DNA from: Pocillopora damicornis
Taxonomy: Eukaryota
Assembly: GCF_003704095.1 (NCBI RefSeq)
Contig: NW_020843601.1
Span: 62,001 to 126,000 of the forward strand
Reading direction: 5' to 3'
Length of the DNA: 64,000 nt
In this document: piece by piece, positions 48,001-59,000 of the stretch
How the letters are laid out: each line of letters starts with the position of its first letter
Position numbering within the stretch: the first letter of the stretch is position 1
Program-made: the position numbers and the translations under genes
The notes under the pieces: model-generated
What the model was told of the DNA's origin: nothing
Databases searched by the model: none
The model's input: only the letters and a program-made list of their open reading frames with translations

Positions 48001-51000
48001 GTAATGTGAGCGTTGCATCAGATTACGTTGCAAATTCCAAATTCCTTCAAATTCTTATTAGTTGCATACAAAGCATTGGAAATTTCCTGATATTGTTTAT
48101 ATATCAATATCGGTAAAAGGCAACATGTAGATTTTCTGCGCGAATGTATACTACATTTGCTTTGTGTAGAAGTACACTGAATTTTTTTTCTTGTCATCCA
48201 TTCCTACTGCATTAACGCGCAAATACCTCTTTTGTTTCCGTAATATTATGCTTGACAATTAACACCTACCTTGTCTGGCAGTAGGCAGTTCTGTTGGAAG
48301 TTTTTCGGTTTTCCTTTTCGTGACGGTCGATTCTGCATAATTGAACGAAAAATCAGGATTAATCAGTTCTTTAATTCAGCAAAACTGAATGTTTTCTCTT
48401 TCCATGTTTACATTTGGAGATATTTCCTTCCTGTTAAGACTTTGAACTCTAAGGGTGACCAGCGTCTAATTTCTCCTTACAGTAATAATGCCGAATCACT
48501 CATTTGGATCACGATAGTGAGAGAATTAACCGCAAACAAACGAAGCTCTTAATCGTCAAACAAATTCTCCTTGTCAGCACCTCAGGAAATATAGAGAGCA
48601 CAGTATAGAGAATATGCATTATGATGTTAATTATCGAGTAAGTCATTCCCGTTAAAACTTACCTTGTTTTTTCCTAGATAGGAGGGTTAAACTTGAAGTG
48701 GGTACCGTGGGCATCTTTGTTGAAATTTGCGCTATAGAACACAAACAACACGAATACGAAAGTCAAAGAAAAATCTGCGAGACGAATTTGCTAAAAATGT
48801 TTACAAATTTAGAATCGATCTCAATGACGGAATTGAAGAATACAAACGATTTTTCTCTTGAATGTGTAAAAGGCGCATCTTACGTGGCACTTGAGTATGA
48901 TAAAAACTATATTTACCTTTAGGATTTTTTTCGGTTCTAAATTTCCTTCGCAACAGGGGGAAACTTTCGCCATATTTGTTCCATGCCGACACAGCCATCC
49001 AGTACATTTTGTCCCAGTCAAGTTCTAGGGTGTAACTCAGGTTGGTGGTATTCCACAAGCCTAACCTTTCCTTAGTGTATGATTCAAGTCTTGCCACAAA
49101 CCCCCAAACATAAACAGTGTACTTTAAAATGGCGCTTTGTCCATTATAAGGCTCCCTCCATTGCAGTGAGCATTGTTTTCCACTAACACTGATGTTTGTT
49201 ACTAATGGTGCATCCGGTGGCCCTAACACAAAACAAATTGATGAGGGAAAAAGAGCGGTTGATGAGAAATTGTACATCTGTACATAGATGCAAATTTTAG
49301 CAATTTGGACAATAGTAGATTTACTCATAGGTTGTGAAACTTGAAGATAGACAGGATTTTAGAAAGTTGAAAGTAAGAGAGGAAATGAAGCCAGAAGAGG
49401 TGCCCATCGTTTGAGAGGGAGGCATCTATGGACATGCGTAAAATGGTTTTTATTGTACCTGCCAGTAGAGTCGTGGCACTGACATTGGATGGCTTTCCAT
49501 AACCGACCTCGTTTCGCGCTTGTATTGCCACAAAATAAGTCCTGTTTTTCATCAATTTGTTTATCACCAACGATGTTTCCTTTACTTTCTTGTATTCCTG
49601 TACCAGTGTATTTGAAACATAGTCTACAACTTTTACGAGGTAATCATAAATCTTGATGCTGTTGTCTTCAATGGATGAAAACCAGGTTACGTTTAACGAC
49701 AGTACATTTGGCACCACCACGACTTTGGGGGGCTTGGGCGGATCTAAAAGAATGAAATTGATGATGTATAATGGACGATGAGTAATATTTACAGACAATA
49801 GGTAATCAGTGACCGACTGGCCGTCTGTCTAACTGACTAGCCGACCGAGCGAGAGGCTGGCTAAATGACTGTCTGATGGACCGACTGGCCGACTGATGAA
49901 ATGATTAGCTGAAAAGCTGTTTGACTAACCGTTTGAATGACTGACTCACGGAGTCAATGAATAACTGTCGGAATGGTAATGAATGGTAATGCATGAGAAA
50001 AAACAAAATCACCATATGATGTGTGCGATCGAAGCAAATAAACAGCCAAACAATGGATGGACGAGTTACCTCATGCATAAGCGAACGATTAAGACAGTAA
50101 AATAAGTCGCGAATGGTTCTATAGAGCTTTACCTGCTTCAAGTGTTTTAACAGTGACATTCGCGGCTTGTCCATAACCGGCAATATTTCTTGCTTGTAGC
50201 ATCAATATGTATGTTCTGTTTTGTTGCAAATATTTAAGAGTGAAGAATGTCCCCTTAATTCCACTATGTGTCTGAAGCACATGTCTGTTTGCATCAAGCA
50301 GGGTAATCATAAACTCTATTGTGCGGCTGCTATTTTTTACTTTTGTCATATTCCATGTGATGTCGAATTTAAGCACGTCCGGTGTCACTTGGTATATGAT
50401 AGGCGGACTGGGTGCATCTGAAATAGATCAGAAGTTTTATGAAAAAGAAATCTTACCAGTTTTACACATACTTAAGAATCAATCAATGCACTCTTATAAA
50501 CTATCACAGATCTATAACTTCATCGAATCAACAAGCCATCCTCCTTGCTTTTTCAATCACGAGGAAAAACTAGCTAAAAAAGATGCCCAGTCTCTCTTTC
50601 AATCCTATTCGCAAAACACGAATTTTGAACATTTTTCATAGGCATCTCAAAAGAAACTGTTGCATTTTACTTACAAATTTGAAATATTCTCATATGATAC
50701 CAGGCAGCTCCTTTGATGTTTGTCGCTCTACAGGAATACGAACCAAAATCGCCCGCAGTCTTAGGTCTCAGCGTTAGCGTGCCCATTTTATGCGCAGAGT
50801 TCACACCATGCACAATCCGTTGGCCATCTTTGAACCAAGTAAAGTTTGCCAGAGGCTCAGCATCTGCAGAGCACCTCAGGGTGGTCACCTTCCCAATCCA
50901 TGATTGGAATAATGGCTTTGAAGAAGCTGTTTTGTTGATGCGAGGCTTATCTGAACACAGGGTAGGGAGGAAAAGTTTTGAATTGGTACTGTGTCTTGGG

Positions 51001-53057
51001 ATTTATCTGTGAGTTACATCTGAGAGTTTGCCACATTCGCGTGGCTGTCTTCACGTGCCACGATGGTATGTTTAATTTTTGAACGCCCTCGTCAGGGTTT
51101 CTCAATTTGAATCTTTAATAACTGACTCTACGTGTCACTTCTTTTCTATAAGTTAACGACGATTTAGCTGAAATATGTTCTTTTTTTCCAGTCATTGCGA
51201 CATTATGGTTTGATCATTGGTTTTGAAAGGTTCCAGCAAAGATTGAGATTGGTCTCACATTTTGAAAAGTAACATGACAAAAAAAGTGTTTCTCTACTTA
51301 CATCGCACAACTCTAACAACCATGCTGTGAGACACAGACCCAGCTCGGTTTTTCGCGGTGCAGGTATAATTACCAGCATCTCTTTGTTGTAAATTTGGAA
51401 TTTGAAGCACAGCAGATGAACTGCTGTTCTGAAGAGGAGTTCCATCTTTACTCCAAGTGATACTGGGTCTGGGGTCACCACTTGCGTTGCAGTGCAATCG
51501 TAGGTCATCTTCCTCATCGGCATTTACGTTCGCATTCGATCGACGAGTAAATTTTGGTGGGATGGGATCTTTGAAGTTAGAAGGAAAGAATCACAATTAA
51601 AAAGATTCGTGTAAATGGAATGTTATGACATTTTTGGGTTTTGACAAGTTAAATTATCATTCGAAGGAAGAAACTTAGGCCTTGACTTAAAAGGATCATG
51701 TTATGTGTTGTGAGTCTTGTCATGTCTGGCTAAGCCTGTTCCTTTACATCATTTACAATCCGTACTGATCTTCTCCACTCTCGGTCATCCTGGAGCATGT
51801 TAGTTTGTTATTGCCTGTTATATTATTTTATATCGCACCGAAATAACATTTCAAAAGTCATTATCAAGTTAAGGTGTTTTTTTTTTTTTTTTACATCGAA
51901 AAATATTACTGAACTGAGATGACATAAAGCTTAACGCGCACTGAAACACTCCACTTCAAAAGCGCGAAATTAAAGGCAACACAGACAGTGATTAAGTCTT
52001 CCTCGTAATGGCTCTTACCATGAACGAATAGATTTATTGGACCACTCCTTATATCGAGCCCATCCACCATCACCGTGCATCCATATGTGATCTGATCTGC
52101 TTTGCTCACATTTCGTAAAACGAACATTTGCTTACATCGATGCAGAGTAACATTTCCAATCCAACCAGTTCTGGATTTAATGGAAGTATCAAGTTTGGGG
52201 TTGGACGCTGCAATCCCTTTCTTTACTGTGATATACTTGTTCCTGATACGATCATTTCTGTCTGTTTGTCCCCAAATAATCTCTCCGAGCTGTTTCCAGT
52301 CTTGAAAATCGCCAAAACTCAGTTCCCAATGGAAAGTGACATCAGATCCCTCAACTGCAAATATTTTGGATGGAGGTTCCTTTGTAAACTTTGTCGCAGG
52401 ATGAGCTGAAAAAGGATTGAGTTGAGCTCGTTATTCAGATGAATGTACTTTAAGCATTAACGTTTACTGTCAAAAAGAATCAAAATCCAGAATCTCCAAA
52501 GTTTATGAGGTCTTATTTCATACTCCTGACTGATCTAATATCGCGTCTTCGACTCATTACAGCTTTTTTTGTCTTTTGATTCTTTTTATACAATGTGCGA
52601 TATAATACTCAACACATAACCTTTCTCGATTCATTTTGGCCTTCGATATTGTTCTGTGAACAGCTTATTTATGGTACATATTTTTCTACTAACTAATGGC
52701 AGTGATTTTCCGATTATTTTGCTGTTATCAATTTTCAATAGATTGTTGAAGGTAATAATGGATTGCAATGGTTTTACTTTGCTCAGTGATTGGTCGACTT
52801 CAAAACTCAATTCTCATTCCCAACCAATCAGACGAAAAGCTTAAAAAAAATCCACTAGCCGCTTACGTTTTCTCGCGCTTTAGGTGGTTTACTTGTTCAT
52901 ATTTCTTTTATGATTGGCTGAGATTACTTTGGTTCAGTTTTAAAGACACTACCATAAAGAAAATAAAACTAAATCATAGTAACTTACAGCCTGCGACGGT
53001 TGTGATGTGAAGGACACAGCAGAAGATAAGAACCGCAGCTCCTCGTAAAGACAACAT
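42022..53057 (-). CDS. RTK-B: paralogous receptor tyrosine kinase, same domain architecture, 21 coding exons, ~1185 aa
   Basis: Exons 52988-53057, 52019-52405, 51302-51568, 50675-50950, 50133-50417, 49459-49743, 48917-49222, 48663-48731, 48270-48332, 47821-47937, 46275-46335, 45968-46034, 45104-45611, 44584-44694, 43985-44172, 43574-43696, 43395-43465, 43102-43142, 42663-42759, 42398-42497, 42022-42087. All are GT-AG, totalling 3558 nt. Kinase exon lengths (111,188,123,71,41,97,100) are identical to RTK-A. Confidence 0.92.
42398..42497 (-). CDS. RTK-B kinase subdomain XI
   Basis: [21 protein letters not shown]. Confidence 0.92.
42663..42759 (-). CDS. RTK-B kinase subdomain X
   Basis: GGAPYPGV...GYRMEKP. 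Confidence 0.92.
42877..42994. other. Assembly gap (118 N)
   Basis: N run. Confidence 0.99.
43102..43142 (-). CDS. RTK-B kinase subdomain IX
   Basis: [13 protein letters not shown]. Confidence 0.92.
43395..43465 (-). CDS. RTK-B kinase subdomain VIII
   Basis: [24 protein letters not shown]. Confidence 0.93.
43574..43696 (-). CDS. RTK-B catalytic loop/DFG exon
   Basis: [41 protein letters not shown]. Confidence 0.95.
43985..44172 (-). CDS. RTK-B kinase subdomains V-VIa
   Basis: [13 protein letters not shown]...[12 protein letters not shown]. Confidence 0.93.
44344..44550. mobile_element. MITE with TTAA ends and TIRs (piggyBac-like non-autonomous element)
   Basis: ttaaccctttaatcccc ... gggagttaaaggttaa. 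Confidence 0.75.
44584..44694 (-). CDS. RTK-B kinase subdomains III-IV
   Basis: [26 protein letters not shown]. Confidence 0.92.
44935..45073. mobile_element. 139-bp foldback MITE
   Basis: cggatcaatatcagtatctggacaactgcccacctacccc... / ...ggggtaggtgggcagttgcccagatactgatattgatccg, flanked by cagtcg/ctgtcg. Confidence 0.8.
45104..45611 (-). CDS. RTK-B juxtamembrane + kinase subdomains I-II
   Basis: [24 protein letters not shown]. Confidence 0.93.
45968..46034 (-). CDS. RTK-B juxtamembrane exon [22 protein letters not shown]
   Basis: 67 nt, phase 2-0. Confidence 0.75.
46275..46335 (-). CDS. RTK-B juxtamembrane exon [20 protein letters not shown]
   Basis: 61 nt, phase 1-2. Confidence 0.72.
47821..47937 (-). 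CDS. RTK-B transmembrane exon
   Basis: [30 protein letters not shown]. Confidence 0.88.
48270..48332 (-). CDS. RTK-B stalk exon 2
   Basis: [21 protein letters not shown]; 63 nt, phase 1-1. Confidence 0.72.
48434..48630 (+). mobile_element. TTAA-ended ~200-bp interspersed element
   Basis: ttaagactttgaactctaagggtgacc...aaacaaattctccttgtcagcacc...atgatgttaa. Confidence 0.7.
48663..48731 (-). CDS. RTK-B stalk exon 1
   Basis: [23 protein letters not shown]; 69 nt, phase 1-1. Confidence 0.72.
48917..49222 (-). CDS. RTK-B FN3 domain 3
   Basis: [23 protein letters not shown]. Confidence 0.92.
49459..49743 (-). CDS. RTK-B FN3 domain 2
   Basis: [17 protein letters not shown]. Confidence 0.92.
50133..50417 (-). 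CDS. RTK-B FN3 domain 1
   Basis: [19 protein letters not shown]. Confidence 0.92.
50675..50950 (-). CDS. RTK-B Ig domain 3 (I-set)
   Basis: [29 protein letters not shown]. Confidence 0.92.
51302..51568 (-). CDS. RTK-B Ig domain 2 (I-set)
   Basis: [29 protein letters not shown]. Confidence 0.92.
52019..52405 (-). CDS. RTK-B Ig domain 1 (V-type)
   Basis: [26 protein letters not shown]. Confidence 0.9.
52988..53057 (-). CDS. RTK-B signal peptide exon [23 protein letters not shown]
   Basis: ATG, hydrophobic core, GTAAGT donor. Confidence 0.85.
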
Positions 53058-56000
53058 CACTTTTCAGAATCTTTATAAAACAAATTCAGATCCTAAAGGG
53101 AAAAGATCACACAACTTGAACATTGAAACCATGAGTTGACTGGGTGTGTATTTGTTTTTCGTCCCTCTGTTGGCTCGGTTGTTTGTTCACCTATAGGTTT
53201 TTTTTGTCCTTGTAGGTATCTCTATCTTGGAAGCAATACAATGGCGGAGATTTGCTTTCACTGGTGGTAAACTCCTTCATTAACTCTATAAACATTTATT
53301 GAAGTTTCCAAGCATCTCTCATAATATTCACTCGGCAGTAATTAATCTTTTTGTTTTCTAGAAAGTTTGATTGTTTTTACATGAGGTGACTTTGATGTCA
53401 CTGCAACAGTCGCGTGCCGGTGATAATTGACACGAATTTACTAGGGCATAAAATAAACACTTACTACATTCTTTCTGCAGATAAGCTAATTCTTGCTTTT
53501 CTCGCTGTGACATATTGCCGCTTAACGGCGTATGAAACTTATTGGCCTTTGATCAGTTTATCTCATTTTCACGCTTCATTCCCGATCCACGAAGATGACT
53601 TTCCAAGTGTTTAAGCCAATTAGGAACTTAAGTACATTTTGTGACCTGAGTTACTCGAAAGTTTGTCAAAATCTAGCCCCTCGCAAAAGTGACTCTAAAA
53701 GTCCTAGGAAGACTGATGCGAGTGGCCCTCGATCACTACACAGATCTTAAGGTGATATTTCTCTCTGCGCATGAAAAAACTGATAAGCAGTAGCTGCCAC
53801 GAAACTTAAATGTTTCGTTGGAATTACATATTGTATGTATTTTCGAAATATCTTTTTCTTGCACAAAATCTACATCAAACTCCATTCCGACTTGAAACCT
53901 TTTCAATTTGCAGCTCTTTACTCTGAATTCCGGGTCGCTTGCTGTTAGCTTGCCATGTGAACGAGCTAAAAATGGGTTGGTTATGATCTAATGAAATGCA
54001 TTTAGCATATGATGAAAAAAACTATTAATCCTGTTGGTATCAAGGTGGAAACTGACGTAATGATAAGGAAATAAAACTGCGAGAGAACCATACCTGTTCC
54101 AGCCAAAAGCAGGAGAACCTCCTACCTGCGTGCTATTCAAAGCGACGCAAAGCTTAAGAAGAGCTCTTTAAGTGAAATTATACAATGTACCAACGAACTT
54201 TGTCCTATTGGCACGTTATCATCTAATGACTAAAGAGCGAAAAATTTTTGCAGACAAGCAAATGATTAACTTGTCCTTACGATTCAATCTTTTCAGGCAA
54301 AATTAACAAGCGATCCAAGTTTGAAAAGAAACAGCTCTGCATTTAAAACAAGATAACCGATCCAAATCTAAAGGAAAATGGCTGTTTATGGCCTCTGGTG
54401 TTTATATGAAATTGCCTAGATTTTTCGAGAAGTACATTCGTGGAGTCCAATTTTCTTCAGTGTTTTTGGGGGTCTTCTAATTGAAAATCTATGAAGTGTT
54501 AAGTGCAGTTATTTGAGAAAACAAAGTTTTCTTGCCAAATAAGTTACACGCGTGTGCATGTCTTTTAACGCTTTTTATATTTCTGACCCAAGGTACTTGA
54601 AACTGTGCTAGCATCCATGGTGGTCTCATTGCGTGCAGCAAACAGAAATATGGATTCGTGCTAAAACTAAACATTACCAAAATTGTTCTAAATGAAAATG
54701 CGCATTAACGAAAAAACTAGGCAGAAAACGTAGAGCTTGTGTTTAAAGCATGCTGTTCCATAATAACAATCGTTTCGTGGAGTTCTTCGCATGCAGTTGG
54801 CCCCATCTAAAGAATTTATCGAAGACCAAAGCATGCCATTATGGACTGAAAAATTTGCTAGCAGTTGCAGTGGTGGAGAAAGACAAAATACTTACAGCCC
54901 AAGATTTAATACATACCTGATTTTAGTAGAATCAACACGGTGTTTGTATCTGTCTTAAGCAAATGATCTCCTCTTACAGGGACAAGATAAGATCGTTTTT
55001 CAGACAAGAAAACAGCGAAATGCAAGTTACATCTGACTAACGTCCGTGAAATATTCTCTTCGTGTCTCTATCGATTTTCTTCTTCCTTTTTTACTCAGAC
55101 GGGTTGATGCCTTATAGAGACCTCAGCTCACAAAATCGATCTTTTGAGTTATTCACGTGTTCATACTTGGGCATGCACGCGACATCTCCATAAAAGCCAA
55201 TCAAAGCCTTAAAATAACAGATTATGTAACAAGGGGAAACACACGACTTTAGCAAACTAAAGAAGAGCTCTCGTAAACTCGACACGCGAGCCTTTTTGAA
55301 AAACACTCCATTGTGACAGTAAATGCAGCAATTGGCAGGCAAAGAGACCACTTGCTTTATACATATATTAAATGACCTTTCAATATCCTAACCCTACAGA
55401 AGCGTTTTATAAATTTACTTCCTCTGTGTGTACGATGTTTGTTCAAACTAAAGACCTTGCGCAGGAACATAATGTGTATGAGAAGGAACTGTTCAGAAAT
55501 CTTATAGCGAATATCGTTGTCACCTTGATCACTTTTTGACTACGTCTGACGTTTTCCTCTCAAGAGGAAACACCACTCTGTTTGCTGAGCTTTTCTTCGT
55601 CTTTTTCTTTTAAGTTCGAGAAAGGGTGTGGATTGAAGATACTTGCTGATTCGAAAGAAAAAATACGGTTTTGACTACCCCACACAGTGTGAAATACGGC
55701 TGAAAGTTTTAAAACCCCACGTACATCAACTATGATCTCACTGCGAAAGCGTGCGGAACTCGTAAAAGAAAAACAGCTTAGTTTCTTTCATCTTAGCAAA
55801 ACAAATAGCGGTTTACTCGCCAAAAAAAATGTCTAATGATTTGTATTATCTCACACGACTTAAACGTTCAGAGCACAGCGTTGGTGCAGATGTGGTTATC
55901 ATAACCGAGATGCAGGCACTCTATAGAAATAGAGTTACCTTTTCGACCCAGCCTCCTGTTCCTTACATAAAACTCTTCTGCGATTTATGCTGTCTTTTAG

Positions 56001-59000
56001 AGCGAGAGTCTAGTTGGAAAAAAACTTGCTCATTTTTGGAAATATATCTCCTTGTTTACTCACTGATCAGGAAGTTGACTCGCTTGTGATTTTGCCTATA
56101 TCACTTTCGTCAGCTTCAATGCTTAGGATTATCTATAAACATGATTCTTGAAAAGCTCGAAAGCTTAAAATAACCTGTTTACCATGTTACTAGAATGTAC
56201 AGTCTGTGGAACCGAAGATTTCTATTTGTTTCGGCGAACACTGCTTTTGACTTCCGGTATTTTGTGATAAGCTCATCTCCTCTCCACGAACAAGCGGTGT
56301 TTTCCTTTTAATGATTCTAGAGATTTCCTGTAACTGTGTCAGGTACAGGGATTTTTTTTTCTTCGAGTTGGCCAATTAGACATAAAAAGTTACATTGTCC
56401 ACCATTTTTCTTCACAAGGTTTATTTCCATTGGGCATATTCTTCTCTTTTTTTATGTCGCGACAGCGTTAGCTTTTCCGGATTCAAGTAATTATGACAAA
56501 TATTTTTTTCCGAGCGCCTTCATGTTGCAGTAAATTACCTTGAACACTAGTAACTATCTCAGCGCGCGTTCGCATTGAATTGGTTTGTAGCAGCAGGTTT
56601 TAAGCATTTTGCAGCCTCTATCACTTCACTTTTGCAACCAATTTTCCTCTCATGAATACCCGTGGGATAATAAACCCAAAGGACATAGACCAGGATTAAG
56701 TCGTCGGGTACGGAAATCGTTATGACTTGGCAGAAAATGCCTCCGTATGTATATAATTTATACTGCTAAAACGTTGTTTAGACGTTGTTTCAGCCCGAAA
56801 TGGTAGAAGTGTTATGCAACATCACTATCTCATCACATTAATAAATTCACGGAGCCCATTAATAAAAGGCAACTGATGCAACAAAAGCTCATCGATACTA
56901 AATTAACTCAGTTCCTGACCATCTAACGCTTTTTCTTGTGTCTTAAGGAACAACCCTAATATTCGATTCCCAGCTTTACAACAACATCATCGCTTTTTCA
57001 CACACCGCAAAGCGTTCAGCAGTTTTCACATACCTTTTGCTCGCTTTATATGAATTGTGGCCACGTTGATAAATGTAGAGGCATATGAGAAATAAAGAAT
57101 AGCTTTCACTTACACCCAATAGTGGTGCGGTTTGTTGCGTGCGATCTTGTTGTTTCTGGTGGGATGAGTAGAAGGCGGGTACTGATCGTCTTACCACAGC
57201 GAAAACACGTTCAACAAGTTGGACTACTCATTTCCATCAAGATCTGTCGCTTACGAAAGAGGTTTCAAATAGCAAAATGCTATAATGTTACTCATTCTAC
57301 CTGTGATTGGTTTAATCAACGTCGCCACAGCGGGCATTTCTGCGAAGCGACCTAACTTCTTCAATTACCGTCTTAAAGTCAACAAATCGTACTGATATGT
57401 TTTTTACAAATGCAGACCTGACCAAAATCCTTAAGTTTCTTGGTCCTCTTCCTGTTTTCCGTTAATTTCTTTTCTTCCTGTTCCTGTAGTGCAAGGTATG
57501 TTCGTTTTGCTGTTTCTTGCCAAACTTTCTGGAACGTACGGTAGGAGCACTTATCTTGTTTTTGAATCACAAATTAAAATTACAGAGTTTTGGATTAGAT
57601 TTTTAAGGTGTCTTGGGAGACTGAAGTTAGACATCTTCAGAAAACACGATTCATCTTAAGAAGCAACTTAAGAACATTTCGGTATAGTGTTTCCTTTAAC
57701 TGACATTACAGTCAATCAGGATCAGTTTTGCTGCATGTGCTTATGATGCAAACTCTAGGTGTTAGTAATCAGTGATTAATGAGATCAAAGGGTACGTGAT
57801 GGCCACTAGTCGTGTATTGTCTATACTCCATAGCAATCGATAAATAATCGCACACAAAATCTTTTGAAACATCGTTGATCGAATTAATTACCCATTAAGC
57901 CATTTTACCTTCATGATCATATCTTGAATCACTGATTTAGTGGTTGTCAACCCAGTAGACAATTTTCGCATTTAACAAGATTGCACTTAAATTGTGTGTT
58001 GAAATTACGTTACAAATTGCAATTGAGAGACAAGGGAGTGCACTCAGAACAGCTGATTATACCTCTTGCAATCCCAAGAGGACAACACTGTTCAGGAAAG
58101 CCATAAGAACACATCGGAATCAAAGTGTAAAGGGGAAATCGTTCGTTTCACAACAATTTTGCTACCAAACTTCGTCTTCAACATAGGAGACAACGAAAAT
58201 AACCAGCACCAATTTCCTTTATAAACCTAATAATCATTTTATATAGGCGTGGAATGATCAACTAATGTGATTAGCGTGGAACTGCCACACACCAAATAGT
58301 CTTAGACGTGAAAGTTTCAGCATTATCCCTCCGTCTTAAACAGACAGCGAAATGATGTGCCAACCTTGCTCGAATATCTCGCCCTTGCTAATTACTATTG
58401 AAGATTCTCTTTCAAGTTTTGAAACGAAGCCGAAAAAATACATTTGCCTGAATGTCGGACCACTCAGCGTGTTCAGCCTACTGTAAAAACACATGTTTAC
58501 CGTTTTCCTACCTGTTAGAAAAATAAACACTTAATTCTAGCTTTCTTTCTATCATAGTAACATGAAGAGTACTTACTCAGTTAATAACAACCGTGTCCTT
58601 CAGAACTCGATTGTTTCGGTCCCTTACTTCTTCGTAACACCGTGTAAAGTGTAATGTTATCCAAGGTGGAAGAAATTACTTTGATTTCAGTGGAGAACGA
58701 ATCATTAGGCACCGAAATCGTTTGGAAGCAGGGAAAGTTGCTCAGTGAAACACAATACGAGTAAAATGCCGACTTTTCTTTGTCTATCAAATTGCTTAGA
58801 AAGTCTTAAACTCTTTATGAACATAAGACACATTTTTCTTGTTATAATCTGCTGCAAGTAAGGGTTATTCTAGATCTAAAAAAAAACAGTTCTTACGTGT
58901 AATCTCCCGTGGACAAAAGAAAACAATCAGTAAGTTACTTACTGTGAGGCTGAGATCGTTTTTCTTTGTTTTTTTCTCTTTTTTGTTTCTATTTGTTGTT

